Made by a program: the position numbers and the translations under genes. From positions 1,792,001 to 1,856,000 of the forward strand of contig OY969696.1 in the NCBI GenBank assembly GCA_963702005.1: a DNA stretch of 64,000 bases, in the 5' to 3' direction. This document shows, piece after piece, positions 40,930 to 52,800 of this stretch. Position 1 is the stretch's first letter; the number at the start of each line of letters is the position of its first letter. Origin of the DNA: Candidatus Aminicenantes bacterium. GTDB lineage: Bacteria > Acidobacteriota > Aminicenantia > Aminicenantales > JAFGBC01. The notes below the pieces were generated by a model that had not been told where the DNA came from, did no database searches, and saw only the letters and a list, made by a program, of their open reading frames with translations.

Positions 40930-42607
40930 TTCGGCGTCTACTACGGCTATGTCCCGGTCGTGGATTACGCCCTCAAGAACGGCTTCGACCTCAACGTCAA
41001 GGACCGCAGGGGCCTGACGCCCGTCTGGTTCTCGGTCTCGGGGAGCCGGCCGGCCATGTTGAGAAAGCTGATCGCGCTCGGGGCCGACCTTTCGATCAAG
41101 AATCCCCAGGGCGATAACATGTTGTTCCGCGCCGTCAGCGCGGGCAACGCTGAGGTCGTCGGCATCCTTCTCGATAACGGCTTCCAATCCCAAATCCAAG
41201 CCAAGAACGGCTGGGGGGCGACCCCGATCGTCTATGCCGCGCGCGCCGACGCCGTGGACGTCATGAAGCTCCTGGCGGCGCGCGGGGTGGACCTCAGGGC
41301 TTCCTCGGAACCCGGCTTCTCGCTCGTCCACCATGCCGTTCTTTCCGGAAAGGCGGACGCCGTCCATTATCTGCTGGACTACGGCTTCGACGTCGACGCC
41401 AAGGGCGAGGGGGGAGCGACGCCTCTCATGCTCGCGGTCGATTTCGGCAACAGGGATGGGGCGCGGGCCCTGGCCATGAGGGGAGCCGACGTCAACGCGG
41501 CCGACGGCAGCGGCGTCACGCCCTTCCTTCTCGCCGTCAAGAAGGGGGACAAGGATCTCGTCGAATTGTTCCTGAAAAAGGGAGCGAACCTGGGCGCGGT
41601 CGATCCGAGGTCAGGCAAGACCGTGCTCCACGAAGCGACCCTCCGGGGATATGCGGGCGTCGTTGAAACGCTGTTGGCCCGCGGCATCCAGAAAAACGCC
41701 AAGGACAAGGACGGCTACACCGCGTTATCCTATGCGCTGAAATACGGGAATAAGACCGCGGCCGACCTGCTCCGCAAAAGCGGCGTCGAAGATGTCCCCT
41801 GGGAGACGAACCTCAACGACTCCGCGATCCTGAACAAGCCGCTGAAAAAAGGCGAAGCTACCATCTGGTATCTCAAACACTCCGGGTGGGCGATTAAGAC
41901 CAAGTCCGCGGTCCTCGTCTTCGACTACTGGGACAACGACCCGGCTCCGGACGAGAAGCTCCTGGCCAACGGCCATATCCGTCCGGAAGAGCTGAAGGGC
42001 TATCCCGTCTACGTTTTCGTCAGCCATGACCACGGCGATCATTTCGATCCCCAGATCCTCGACTGGAAGCGGACCATCCCTAACATCACCTATATCTTTG
42101 GGTTCGAGCCTGAATCCAAGGAGGGGATCATCTCGCTCGCCCCGCGCGTCCAAAAGACGATCGGCCCCCTGACCGTGACGACGATCAAGTCCAACGACGC
42201 GGGCGTCGGGTTCGCCGTTCAGCTGGACGGCCTGACCATCTTCCACGCCGGCGACCACTCCAACAACACGCTCGAGACGGCCGGCAACGACTTCTTCCCG
42301 GAGATCGATTTCCTGGCCGCGAAGGGGATCCGGCCCGATATCGCGTTCTTCCTCAATATGTACGGATGCGGCTCCACGAACCCCGAGGCCTTCCAGAAGG
42401 GCATCTTCTACGCCGTCGATAAGCTGAAAATTAAGTCCGTCCTCCCCATGCACGGCGCCAACAAGGAATGGGTCTACGGGAACCTGGTCGAGGGCGTCGC
42501 CAAGAATAACGTCAAAGTCCAGGTCGGAGCGGCCGTCAACCAGGGAGATCGCTTCTTCTTCCAGAAAGGGATGTTGAAGAAATAGCGGGCCGCCGCCCCC
42601 CTTGTCC

Positions 42608-42681
42608 TTGACCCATTCGCCGAGGCTCAGGGTTACCCCTATACAAGCCCCCGCTTGATAACCGGGTGTCGAGGGGTTGAC
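42608..42681 (+). mobile_element. TGAC-bounded hairpin element, copy C (shortest)
   Basis: TTGAC|CCATTCGCCGAGGCTCAGGGTTA...CAAGCCCC...GTCGAGGGGTTGAC; terminal TTGACA-18 nt-TATTAT. Confidence 0.7.
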
Positions 42682-42754
42682 ATCGAACCGGCACCGGTCC
42701 TATTATTTTAAGTCGAGGGGCGGTATCAATTATCAAGAGAATCGAGGTGTAACA

Positions 42755-43525
42755 ATGTCGTTGTTGCTTAAGAAGGGGGACATGGGAACGGGAGTCGCGG
42801 AACTCCAGATGCTTCTCATCGAGCGCGGATATCCCGTGGCCATTGATGGAACTTTCCTGTCGGATACGTACCGGGCCGTAAGGGCCTTCCAGGCGCAAAA
42901 CCTGGATCAACACGGCCAGCCCCTGGTCGTGGATGGAGTCGTGGGCCCGCTCACCTGGTGGAGCCTGACGCACCCCAAGCCGATTATCGAAACGCCGAGC
43001 GCGATAGATTTTCAATCGATGCCGGCCGCGGGAATGGGGGGAAGCGCTCTGGGCCGCGCCGCCCTGGCCGCCGCCATTGGAGAATTGAATGCCGGAGCCG
43101 GCGAGGTCGGCGGGGACAACCGGGGTCCTTGGGTGAAGAAGTATCTGGAACCGGCGGGGCTGGAAGAAGGCCAATCATGGTGCGCGTCGTTCGTGAGCTG
43201 GTGCTATCTTCAGGCCTGCGCCGGCGACCCGGCCAAGATGCCGTTCGCCTATACGCCCGGCGCCAGGGCTTTGCTGAGTAAGTTCAAGAAAAAGGGTTGG
43301 GCTTATAAGCCCAACAGCGGCTATCAGCCCTCTCCGGGCGATATCGTGGTCTGGTGGCGGGAAAAGCTCGAAGGCTGGCTGGGGCATGTCGGGTTTGTCC
43401 ATCAACTCAAGGACGGTATGCTCTATACGATCGAAGGGAATAAAAGCCCTCAGGTCCGGGGATTCTCCTACGTGATGAGCCGTATCGAAAACCTGTTGGG
43501 TTTCGGACACGTGCCCGAGGTTTGA
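42755..43525 (+). CDS. Peptidoglycan-binding + CHAP-type amidase
   Basis: AVRAFQ..DGVVGPLTW; WCASFVSW; GDIVVW..GHVGFV..TIEGN. Confidence 0.9.
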   Translation: MSLLLKKGDMGTGVAELQMLLIERGYPVAIDGTFLSDTYRAVRAFQAQNLDQHGQPLVVDGVVGPLTWWSLTHPKPIIETPSAIDFQSMPAAGMGGSALGRAALAAAIGELNAGAGEVGGDNRGPWVKKYLEPAGLEEGQSWCASFVSWCYLQACAGDPAKMPFAYTPGARALLSKFKKKGWAYKPNSGYQPSPGDIVVWWREKLEGWLGHVGFVHQLKDGMLYTIEGNKSPQVRGFSYVMSRIENLLGFGHVPEV

Positions 43526-43554
43526 TCCCATCATCCGCGGATTCGCGGGCCGTT

Positions 43555-45045
43555 TCAGTCGAGAGTTTGGTAAACGAAGTCGTCTATCTTCAGGACGCCG
43601 GCGCCCCGGGCGTAGATCCCCAGCTTCAAGTGCGAGAATCCTCCAAGTATGTTCTGGTGGTAGCCGGAGACTTCGAGTGAATAGGGGTAGGGCGTCCAGC
43701 GCCGTCCGTCATCGCTATAGGCCGTCGACAGGTCGAACTCGTTCATCCGGATCCTGAGATATTTGAACTCGGGCGCCTTGATTTTCTCGCCGGAGATCTG
43801 CCCCTTGGCGAGGGCGTAGACTTCCCCGCCTTTGATCCCGATCCCGGCGAAAGCGCCGTCATCGTAGTAGGCGATAAGCCCCGTTTCCACGTCTCCTTCG
43901 GTTTCCAAACGCACCGACGCCTCGTAGCCGTGGTCGCCGACCGTGGCGTGCAGGACGCGGAGCCTGTCGGGCCTGGATTCGATTTCCAGCCGGCCGTCCT
44001 TGATCCTCTGATCGCTTAGGGAGTCGAGCCCCGAGAATTGCCACTGGAGCTTGAGCTCCTTCCCGGAGAAGTCGTCCGGTTCGATAACGACGTTAGGGAA
44101 CCTTTGGGTCGGGCCTTCGTGCCGCGCGTCTCGGACGGTCTTGAACCATCCCTCTCCGGTCCATTCGATGGGCTCGATGAGCGTGTTCCGGCCCAGCGGA
44201 TAATAGCCGTTTTCATAGGCATGGTAGACGATATACCAGCGGCCGGCTGCGTCGGAGAAGATCGTGCCGTGTCCTTTGGACCACCACCGCTCCGACCGGC
44301 TCCAGGTGTGGACGACCGGGTTGTAGGGGCTGTTCTCCCAGGGGCCGAGCGGGCTCTTCGACCTGGCCGAGACGGCCATGTGTCCCGTCGAGGGGCCGGC
44401 CGTCCCTCCCTGGGCCGTCGTCAGATAGTAGAAGCCGTCCCGGAAGGCCAGCTTGGGCGATTCGAGATAAAAGCCTTCCACGACCCAATCCTTAGGATAG
44501 GCCCAGCCTTCGTAGACGCGCTTCGGCTCCCCGCGCACCGAAAGGCCGTCCGGGGCGAGCTCCACGACCCTTCCGCTATCCAGGTAGAGGTAGCGTTTGC
44601 CGTCGGGAGTGGAGACATGGCCCGGGTCGATGCCTCTGACCGTAAGGTCCACCGGTTCGCTCCACGGTCCGCGGGGCGAGTCGGCCGTGACCACCCAGTT
44701 TGTCCCTCCGGCCGGGAAGTAGATGTAGAACTTATTTCCACATCCGGCCAAATCGGGCGCCCAGACGTCGCCCACGTTTCGATGAAGGGCGTAACCTACT
44801 CGCTCCCACCGCTTCAGGTCCTTCGAGTGCCAGACAAGAAGGCCCGGGAGATAGCGGTAGGAGGAGTGGGTCATGTAGAAATCGTCTCCCACTCGCAGGA
44901 TCGAAGGGTCGGCGTGGTCGCCGGTCAGCACGACGAGGATTTCGCCCTTATCCCGACTATCGCCGGATCGAGACGGCAAAACGAATCCTAAGAAGATAGA
45001 TGTCAGAAAAATGATAGCGGCCGAAACGGTCGCCTGTGATTTCAT
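43555..45045 (-). CDS. GH43 glycoside hydrolase (xylosidase/arabinosidase-like)
   Basis: ADPSILRVG, WAPD, IDP, ESPKL, GHG. Confidence 0.9.
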   Translation of the reverse strand: MKSQATVSAAIIFLTSIFLGFVLPSRSGDSRDKGEILVVLTGDHADPSILRVGDDFYMTHSSYRYLPGLLVWHSKDLKRWERVGYALHRNVGDVWAPDLAGCGNKFYIYFPAGGTNWVVTADSPRGPWSEPVDLTVRGIDPGHVSTPDGKRYLYLDSGRVVELAPDGLSVRGEPKRVYEGWAYPKDWVVEGFYLESPKLAFRDGFYYLTTAQGGTAGPSTGHMAVSARSKSPLGPWENSPYNPVVHTWSRSERWWSKGHGTIFSDAAGRWYIVYHAYENGYYPLGRNTLIEPIEWTGEGWFKTVRDARHEGPTQRFPNVVIEPDDFSGKELKLQWQFSGLDSLSDQRIKDGRLEIESRPDRLRVLHATVGDHGYEASVRLETEGDVETGLIAYYDDGAFAGIGIKGGEVYALAKGQISGEKIKAPEFKYLRIRMNEFDLSTAYSDDGRRWTPYPYSLEVSGYHQNILGGFSHLKLGIYARGAGVLKIDDFVYQTLD

Positions 45046-45169
45046 GCTAGATATCTTATCACCGCGCACGCGGGAAAAACAGCGGCCCGGCGGGCTTGAC
45101 ACGCCGGGCTTCGGAAGGATATGTTCGGGGTGCTCGGGGCGGGAAAGCTCCGGCCGAAAGGAGAGATCC

Positions 45170-46771
45170 ATGAAGCCCATGGGCCGAAAAGGGAAGGACA
45201 ATCCGAGAATCGATGCGGCCGGAGGCTGTCCCATGCGCGGCGTCAGCCGGCGCGAATTTCTGACCGGATGCGCGGCCTGCGCGGGCGCGGCCGGCTTGAT
45301 GGGCGCTCCATCTTGGCTCAGGGCCGTTCCGGGGGGTTCGGGCCGCGATAAGCTCCGCATCCGCGTCATCTACGCCCTTCACACCGGAGTCCAAGACCGG
45401 CCCGACTGGCCCAACCTCGGGTTCGACTTCCGCCCGGTCATGGAGCGGACAACCTCGGAGCTCGTCAAGCGGCTTCCCGAGTTCGAGTTCCTGCCGGCGA
45501 CGGCGACCGGCCCCGAAGAAGCCCAGAAGCTTCTCGAGGCCGATAAGGCCGCTCCCGCCGACGGATTCCTCGTCATGCAGCTCAACTGCTGGAACCAGGT
45601 CGCCCAGACGTTCGCGGCCTCGGGCCGGCCCGTTCTCTACGCCGACTTCAAATACGCCGGAAGCGGGGGTTTCCTCGTCTACACGGCCGGGTTCCTGCGC
45701 GCCGGCGTCAAGAACGTCGGCTTTGTAGCTTCGTCCAGGATCGAGGATCTCGCCGCGGCGGCCCGATGTTTCAAGGACGCAGCGTCGGGCGGCCCCGGAT
45801 ACGATTTCGACTCGGCGACGGCCCGCGTCAGGATCGCGGCGACGCCCCGGCCCGGAGATCTTGCCTGCTTGCCCGACCCCGTCAAGACCCTCTCGCCCCA
45901 GGAGACGGTCCGCCGGATGAAGGCCTCGAAAATTCTAGCCGTCCGGGATGACAAGACGGGACCCGAAACGACTCTCATGGGCATTCCCATCGTCCAGATT
46001 CCCTTCTCCGTAGTCAACGAGGCCTGGGCGGCTGCGGACAAGGATGAGGCGCGGGCGATCGCCGACCGCTGGCTGAAGACGGCGGCCCGGGTCGAGGGCG
46101 TCAGCCGCGAGGAACTCATCAACTCGGCGGCCATGTACCTCGGCGAGAAAGCTGTCCTGAAAAAATACGGCGCCAACGCCATCACCGTTAATTGCCTGGG
46201 CGGATTCTATGGCGGGCACATCCACGCCTATCCCTGCCTCGGCTTCCACGAGCTCAACAACGAGGGTTCGGTCGGCGGCTGCGAATGCGACGTTCCGTCG
46301 GCCTCGGCCATGGTCGCCGTCGGGATCCTGAGCCAGGGGCGGCCGGGGTACATCTCCGACCCGGTCATGGACACGGCGAACCGACGGATCATTTACGCCC
46401 ACTGCGTGGCTTCCAATAAAGCTTTCGGGCCGCGCGGCGCAACGAACCCGTTTGAGATTCTGACCCATTCCGAGGATCGGCAAGGCGCCGCGGTCCGCTC
46501 GCTCCTTCCGGCCGGTTACATGACGACATCGGTCGAAGTGTCCGAAGCCCGCAAAGAGATACTTCTCCACCGGGCCAAGGCCGTCGGGAACGACCCCGAC
46601 GACCGGGCCTGCCGGACCAAGCTCGTCGCCGAACCCGTCGGAGATTTCGAGAAGATGTTCCGGATGTGGGACGTCTGGGGCTGGCACCGGGTCACGTTCT
46701 ACGGCGACCTCGAAGGGCCTATTCGCGGTCTGGCTGATGCGCTAGGCTGGACGGTCGTCGCCGAGGCCTAA
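45170..46771 (+). CDS. Tat-exported protein with L-fucose/arabinose isomerase-like C-terminus
   Basis: SRREFL; PCLGF..LN..G..GGCECD; YAHC; CRTKL; WHRV.FYGD. Start uncertain. Confidence 0.7.
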   Translation: MKPMGRKGKDNPRIDAAGGCPMRGVSRREFLTGCAACAGAAGLMGAPSWLRAVPGGSGRDKLRIRVIYALHTGVQDRPDWPNLGFDFRPVMERTTSELVKRLPEFEFLPATATGPEEAQKLLEADKAAPADGFLVMQLNCWNQVAQTFAASGRPVLYADFKYAGSGGFLVYTAGFLRAGVKNVGFVASSRIEDLAAAARCFKDAASGGPGYDFDSATARVRIAATPRPGDLACLPDPVKTLSPQETVRRMKASKILAVRDDKTGPETTLMGIPIVQIPFSVVNEAWAAADKDEARAIADRWLKTAARVEGVSREELINSAAMYLGEKAVLKKYGANAITVNCLGGFYGGHIHAYPCLGFHELNNEGSVGGCECDVPSASAMVAVGILSQGRPGYISDPVMDTANRRIIYAHCVASNKAFGPRGATNPFEILTHSEDRQGAAVRSLLPAGYMTTSVEVSEARKEILLHRAKAVGNDPDDRACRTKLVAEPVGDFEKMFRMWDVWGWHRVTFYGDLEGPIRGLADALGWTVVAEA

Positions 46772-47174
46772 TCGCTGATCCAATTCATGCGCTGAAGCCA
46801 TTTTTCCCCACATAAAAATTGATTAGCTTCATCCTCAATAGAGGTATTCTCATAGGTAATTTTCTTAAGTGATCATTTCTAGCCCTCAAAAAGTCCATTT
46901 AGAGTTTTATTGAGGCCACTAGACTTAGTTAACTACTTCCTATTAAATAAGATGCCCAGGTCCGACCCCATGATAACAAGATAATCAAACAGGCGGCCGG
47001 GATTATCGCTCACCGGCGAATTGAATTATCCCCATAATGCTGCAATAATAAACGAATTATGAACGCCCGCATCCGTCGACCGAGAAGAAGGGAGAGCTGG
47101 CGAAAGGGGATTCTTAAGCCCCCGCCTTCACCCCTCTGAATGGGAGGTTCAGAATGCCCGCAGACTCTAAATTT

Positions 47175-48677
47175 ATGACCGCGCAGATCACGGTCCATCC
47201 TCGCCCCCATTTCGGCCTATTCGCGAGGCTTGCAAGCGCGGCCCTGGCCCTGGCCTTCCTGGCCGCGTGCGCCACCATGGGCGACATCACCAAAAGGACC
47301 GCGGATTCGCCCTCGCATCCCTGGGTGCCGCCCCCTAAAGACGTGAAGCCGCCAGCGCCCCTTCCTGCCCCCATCGTTCCCGCCGAACTTCAAACCGCGG
47401 GGCGGGCCTGGACGCTGAATGATATTGTCGACGTGGGCCTGGCCAATAACCCTCAGACGCGGGCGGCATGGAATACCGCCCGGGCTGCTTCAGCAATCAT
47501 GAGCATTTCCCTGGGCGCATACCTTCCCCAGATCAACATGACTCTCCCCGCCACCAAGCAGAAGATGGCCTTCGCGGGCGGCCGGTTTATCGTCGACCAG
47601 ATGACCTTGACCCCGACGGCCAGCCTGAACCTCCTGCTCTTTGACTTCGGGGGACGGGAGGCCGGCGTCCAATCGGCGCGCTGGGCCTTGGAAGCGGCCA
47701 ATTGGACTCAGAACGCCGTTCTCCAAAACGTCATCCTCCAGATCGAGAGCGCCTATTACCAATACCTTGCCGCGCGGGCCCTGCTCGAGGCCCAGGAGGC
47801 AAACCGCAAGGGCGCCCAGGCCAATTATGAGGCCGCGAAAGCCCGTCACCAAGCCGGATTAGCCACCATCGCTGACGTCCTTCAGGCTAAAACCGCCCTC
47901 TCCTCGATCGAACTCCAGATCGTGACGACGCGCGGGCTCATCCAGACGTTCCACGGAGCCTTGGCCAGCTCGATGGGGTTCCCGGCCGACGCGGGATTCG
48001 TCGTATCCGACGAGCTTCCCGAGAGCATCCCGTTCGAGGCCGTATCCAAGCAGGTGGAACTTTGCATCAAGGACGCGGAGGCCAGGCGGCCTGATCTGGC
48101 AGCCTCGCGAGCGCGGGTCCTCGAGGCCGAGGCCGGTGTCCGGAAAGCCCGGTCGACTTTTTTCCCGAACTTCTCGCTGAGCGGCAACATCGGCCGTATC
48201 TATTATCAGGGCAATCCCGTTTCGAACCCCTTCTACGCGATCTCCATTTCGGTCAACCTGCCTTTCCTTTTCGGCTTGCAGGAATACCAGGTCCTGGCGG
48301 CCAAGGCCCAGGCCGAAGCGGCCAAGGACCAGATGACGGAGCTCGGCCGCGGGATCGAACTTCAAGTCTGGACGAGCTATTACGGCATCAAGACCGCGGA
48401 GCAGAAAATCCTGACCGCCCGAGACCTCCTGGAGAGCGCCCAAGCTTCCTACGACGTCGCCTTCGGCCGTTATAAAGAAGGCGTCGGCAGCATCCTCGAC
48501 CTGTTGGCGGCCCAGGCCGTCCTCGAAAGCGGCCGTGTTCAGCTCGTCCAGGCCGAGGCCGACTGGTTCCTGGCCCTCGTCCAATTCACGCATGATACCG
48601 GAGCCCTGGAGCCGCCCTCGGCGCCGGCCAAGTCCGGCCCCCAGCCGAGTTTCGAGAAAGGAGATCACAAGCCATGA
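47175..48677 (+). CDS. TolC-family outer membrane efflux lipoprotein
   Basis: LAAC lipobox, NP/RPD repeats, RYKEGVGSILDLL. Confidence 0.9.
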   Translation: MTAQITVHPRPHFGLFARLASAALALAFLAACATMGDITKRTADSPSHPWVPPPKDVKPPAPLPAPIVPAELQTAGRAWTLNDIVDVGLANNPQTRAAWNTARAASAIMSISLGAYLPQINMTLPATKQKMAFAGGRFIVDQMTLTPTASLNLLLFDFGGREAGVQSARWALEAANWTQNAVLQNVILQIESAYYQYLAARALLEAQEANRKGAQANYEAAKARHQAGLATIADVLQAKTALSSIELQIVTTRGLIQTFHGALASSMGFPADAGFVVSDELPESIPFEAVSKQVELCIKDAEARRPDLAASRARVLEAEAGVRKARSTFFPNFSLSGNIGRIYYQGNPVSNPFYAISISVNLPFLFGLQEYQVLAAKAQAEAAKDQMTELGRGIELQVWTSYYGIKTAEQKILTARDLLESAQASYDVAFGRYKEGVGSILDLLAAQAVLESGRVQLVQAEADWFLALVQFTHDTGALEPPSAPAKSGPQPSFEKGDHKP

Positions 48678-49801
48678 AGACTCCCCTTGACAAGTTCATC
48701 AGACTGGCATCGTCAGCGGCGGCGGTCGCGGCGATCCTTTGGGCCGGGGCCTGCTCGTCCTCCGGGAAAAAAGCGTCCGGAAGGGCCACCGCCGGAAGCC
48801 CCGTGTCCGTAGTCCCCGTCCTTCAAAAGGACGTACCGCTCGAGATCGCCTCCGTCGGCCGGGTCGAGGCCATAACGACGGTATCCGTCAAGGCCCAGGT
48901 CAGCGGAGAGGTCACGGGCGTCTATTTCAAGGAAGGCCAGGCCGTCAGGAAAGGAGACCGGCTGCTCGCGATCGACCCGCGGCCTTTCGAGATCGCCCTG
49001 AAACAGGCTGAATCCCTGCTCGAAAAGGACCGGGCGCTCCTCCGGAATGCCCAGGCCGACGTCGCTCGCTACGCGGACCTCGTCCAGAAAGATTACGTGA
49101 CCAAGCAGCAGTACGATGCACTGGTGGCCAATCGGGACGTTCTCACCGCCGCGATCAAAGCCGACGAAGCGAACGTCGCCAACGTCCGCCTGCAGCTTGA
49201 TTATTCGACCGTCCGGTCGCCGATCGACGGCCGGACCGGAAGCCTCCTGATCGACGTGGGCAATATCATTAGGGCCAACGACGTGAGCCCGGCCGTCGTG
49301 ATTTACCAGACGACGCCCATCTATGTCACGTTTTCGGTCCCCGAACAGCACCTGCCCCGGATCAAGGAGTTCATGGCTAAGGAGCCGCTGAAGACGGCGG
49401 CCATTCCGGCCGCGAATGGAGAGCCGTCCCTATCGGGAATATTGACCTTCATCGACAACGCCATCGACCAGGCCACGGGGACGATCATGCTCAAGGCGAC
49501 CTTCGACAATCGGGATGGAGCTCTCTGGCCCGGCCAGTTCCTCAACGTCCGCCTGACCCTGGCCACGGAAAAGGGCGCCGTCGTCGTCCCCTCCCAGGCC
49601 GTCCAGACCGGGCAGGCCGGCCAGTACGTGTACGTCGTTAAAGACGACCTGACCGCCGAAATGAGGCCGGTCAAGGTCGCCCGGGCCTACGGCGAGGAAT
49701 CCGTCATCTCTGAAGGCCTGAAGCCCGGAGAACGCGTGGTGACGGACGGGCAGCTTCGCCTCGTTCCCGGGGCGCGGGTCGAGGTCAAGACCGGCCGCTA
49801 G
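48674..49801 (+). CDS. RND periplasmic adaptor (MdtA-like)
   Basis: EGQ.V.KGD.L..IDPRPF, SPIDGRTG, LWPGQF. Confidence 0.92.
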   Translation: MKTPLDKFIRLASSAAAVAAILWAGACSSSGKKASGRATAGSPVSVVPVLQKDVPLEIASVGRVEAITTVSVKAQVSGEVTGVYFKEGQAVRKGDRLLAIDPRPFEIALKQAESLLEKDRALLRNAQADVARYADLVQKDYVTKQQYDALVANRDVLTAAIKADEANVANVRLQLDYSTVRSPIDGRTGSLLIDVGNIIRANDVSPAVVIYQTTPIYVTFSVPEQHLPRIKEFMAKEPLKTAAIPAANGEPSLSGILTFIDNAIDQATGTIMLKATFDNRDGALWPGQFLNVRLTLATEKGAVVVPSQAVQTGQAGQYVYVVKDDLTAEMRPVKVARAYGEESVISEGLKPGERVVTDGQLRLVPGARVEVKTGR

Positions 49802-49814
49802 GAGGGAAGGCGCC

Positions 49815-52800
49815 ATGAATTTTTCGGAAACCTTCGTCCGCCGTCCCGTGATGACGACGCTGTTGATGTCGGCGCTCCTCATTTTCGGGATCCTGGGCTA
49901 CCGACTCCTCCCGGTGAGCGACCTCCCCAACGTCGATTTCCCGACCATCCTGGTCATCGCCGGCCTGCCCGGAGCAAGCCCCGAAACCATGGCCGCGACG
50001 GTCGCGACACCTCTCGAGAAGCAGTTCTCGACGATCCAGGGCCTGGACTCCATGACCTCGTCCAACCAGCTCGGCCTGACCATGATCACGCTCCAGTTCG
50101 CCCTGAGCCGCAACCTGGACGCAGCGGCTCAGGACGTCCAGGAAATGATGACCTTCGCCTCCCGCTATCTTCCCCAGAACATGCCCATGCCGCCGTATTA
50201 CCAGAAGGTCAATCCGGCCAACACGCCGATTCTCTTCATGCTCCTCAAGTCTGAGGCCCTGCCTCTCTCGACGATCGATGAGTACGCCCAGACGATGATC
50301 GCTCAGCGTATCTCGATGGTCCCCGGTGTCGCCCAGGTGGCCGTCTACGGCTCGCAAACTTACGCCGTCCGGGTCCAGCTCAACCCCGACGCCCTAGCTT
50401 CGCGAGGCATCGGGATCGACCAGGTCAGCCGCGCGGTCCAGACCGGAAACGTGAACCTGCCGACGGGAACCCTCTACGGTCCCAACCGGGCTTTCACGGT
50501 CCAGTCCAACGGCCAGCTCAACAACGCCGCCGAGTACCGGGACCTCGTTGTGACCTACCGGAACGGCTCCCCGGTCCGGCTGAAAGACCTGGGCCGGGTC
50601 ATCGACAGCGTTCAGAACGACAAGGTCGCGGCCTGGGCCTATAAGGGTGGGTCGCACGAACGGGCGGTCATGCTCGCGATCCAACGGCAGCCGGGGACGA
50701 ACACGGTCGCCGTGGCCGGCGCCGTCAAGAAACTCCTGCCCCTATTCCGCTCCCAGCTCCCGGCATCCGTCGACTTCCAGGTCCTCTTCGACAGGTCCGA
50801 GTCCATCCAGGCCTCGGTCAACGACGTCAAGACCGCGCTCATCATCGCCCTGATCCTCGTGGTCTTTGTCATCTTCTTCTTCCTGAGGAGCGTCCGGGCG
50901 ACGATCATCCCCAGCCTGGCCCTGCCGTTCTCGATCATCGGGACGTTCGCGGTGATGCAGATCCTCGGCTACAGCCTCGACAACCTGTCCCTGATGGCGC
51001 TCACTCTGTCGATCGGTTTCCTCGTTGACGACGCCATCGTCATGCTGGAGAATATCGTCCGCCACCAGGAGATGGGCGAGCAGGCCTTCGCGGCGACGCT
51101 CAAAGGCTCCAAGGAGATCGGATTTACGATCGTATCCATGACCCTCTCGCTGGCCGCGGTCTTCATCCCGATCATGTTTATGGGCGGGATTCTGGGCCGA
51201 CTGTTCCATGAGTTCGCCATCACCATCGCCGCCGCGGTCCTTTTTTCCGGGTTCGTCTCCCTGACCCTGACCCCGGCCATGGCCAGCCGCGTTCTCCGGG
51301 CGCCCGGCCAGGAAAAGCACGGGGCCCTGTATGTCGCGGCCGAAAAAGCTATCCAGGCCGCGCTCAATTTCTACCGGGTCACCCTGGCCTGGGTGTTGAG
51401 GCGCCGGCGCGCGACGCTGGCCTTCTCCGCGGTCATTCTCATCCTGACCGTCGTCCTCTTCATGAAGATCCCGAAGGGCTTCATCCCGAGCGAGGATTCG
51501 GGTCTGCTTATGGGCGTCACAGAGGCCGCCCAGGGCATATCCTTCCAGGCGATGACGGAGCATCAGGCCGCTGTGGCGAAAATCGTCCAGGACGACCCCA
51601 ACGTCGAGTCCTTCGCATCGTCCATCGGCGGCATGGGAGCCAGCAATGCGGGCCGGATGTTCATCCGCCTGAAGCCGCGCGGCCAGAGGCCGCTCAAAGC
51701 GGACGCGGTCGTCGAGAGCCTTCGACCGAAGCTTTTCGGCATCACCGGCATCAATTCCTTTCTCCAGAATCCGCCGCCCATCACGGTCGGCGGGCGTTTC
51801 ACGAAGAGCCTCTACCAGTTCACCCTCCAGAGCCCCGAGGTCGACACCCTCTACAGCAGCGCCGCCCAATTCGAATCCCGGATGCGCGCCCTGCCGCTCC
51901 TCCAGGATGTGACAAGCGATATGCAGCTCCAGAATCCCGAGGTCACGGTCGAGATCGACCGGGACAAGGCCCTGGCCCTGGGGGTCACGCCCTACCAAAT
52001 TGAAGACGCCCTCTATTACAGCTACGGCTCCCGGCAGGTTTCGACGATCTACGCCGCCACGAACCAGTACTACGTGATCATGGAGCTCGAACCCCAGTAC
52101 CAGAACGACCCCTCCCAGCTCTCCAAACTCTATATCCAGTCGTCGACGGGGAGGCTCGTGCCCCTCGATTCCGTGGCGCGCCTGGTCCCGACGGTCGGCC
52201 CCCTGACGGTCAACCATTCGGGTCAAATCCCTTCGGTTACGGTCTCGTTCAACCTCAAGCCGGGCGTTTCGCTCGGCCCGGCCGTGGCCGAGATCGCGGG
52301 CCTCGCCAAGGAGAACCTGCCGACCTCGGTCAGCACGTCATTCCAGGGCTCGGCCCAGGCCTTCCGGTCCTCGATGAGCGGGCTGGGCTTCCTGCTCCTG
52401 ATGACGATTGTCGTCATTTACTTGATCCTGGGCATCCTCTACGAGAGTTTCATCCATCCGCTGACGATCCTTTCGGCCCTGCCGTTCGCGGGTTTCGGCG
52501 CCCTGGTGACGCTCTTTCTCTTCCGCACCGAGCTCAGCATCTACGCCTTTGTCGGCGTCATCATGCTGGTCGGGTTGGTCAAAAAGAACGGCATCATGAT
52601 GGTTGATTTCGCCCTGGCCGCCGAACGCGGGGAGGGCAAGAAGGCCGAGGACGCCATCTTCGAGGCCTGTCTCATCCGGTTCCGGCCGATCATGATGACC
52701 ACGATGGCCGCCCTGTTCGGGACGCTGCCCATCGCCATCGGTTTCGGCGCCGGGGCCGAATCGCGGCGCCCGCTCGGGCTGGCGGTTGTCGGCGGGTTGC

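Larger units (their letters stand above)
40138..42585 (+). pseudogene. Secreted ankyrin-repeat + metallo-beta-lactamase-fold protein, interrupted by IS
   Basis: Removing 40324-40929 restores ...GMTPLH-FGVYYGYVPVVDYALKNG (613 aa); ankyrin repeats; SHDHGDHF, FHAGD, PMH. Confidence 0.9.
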
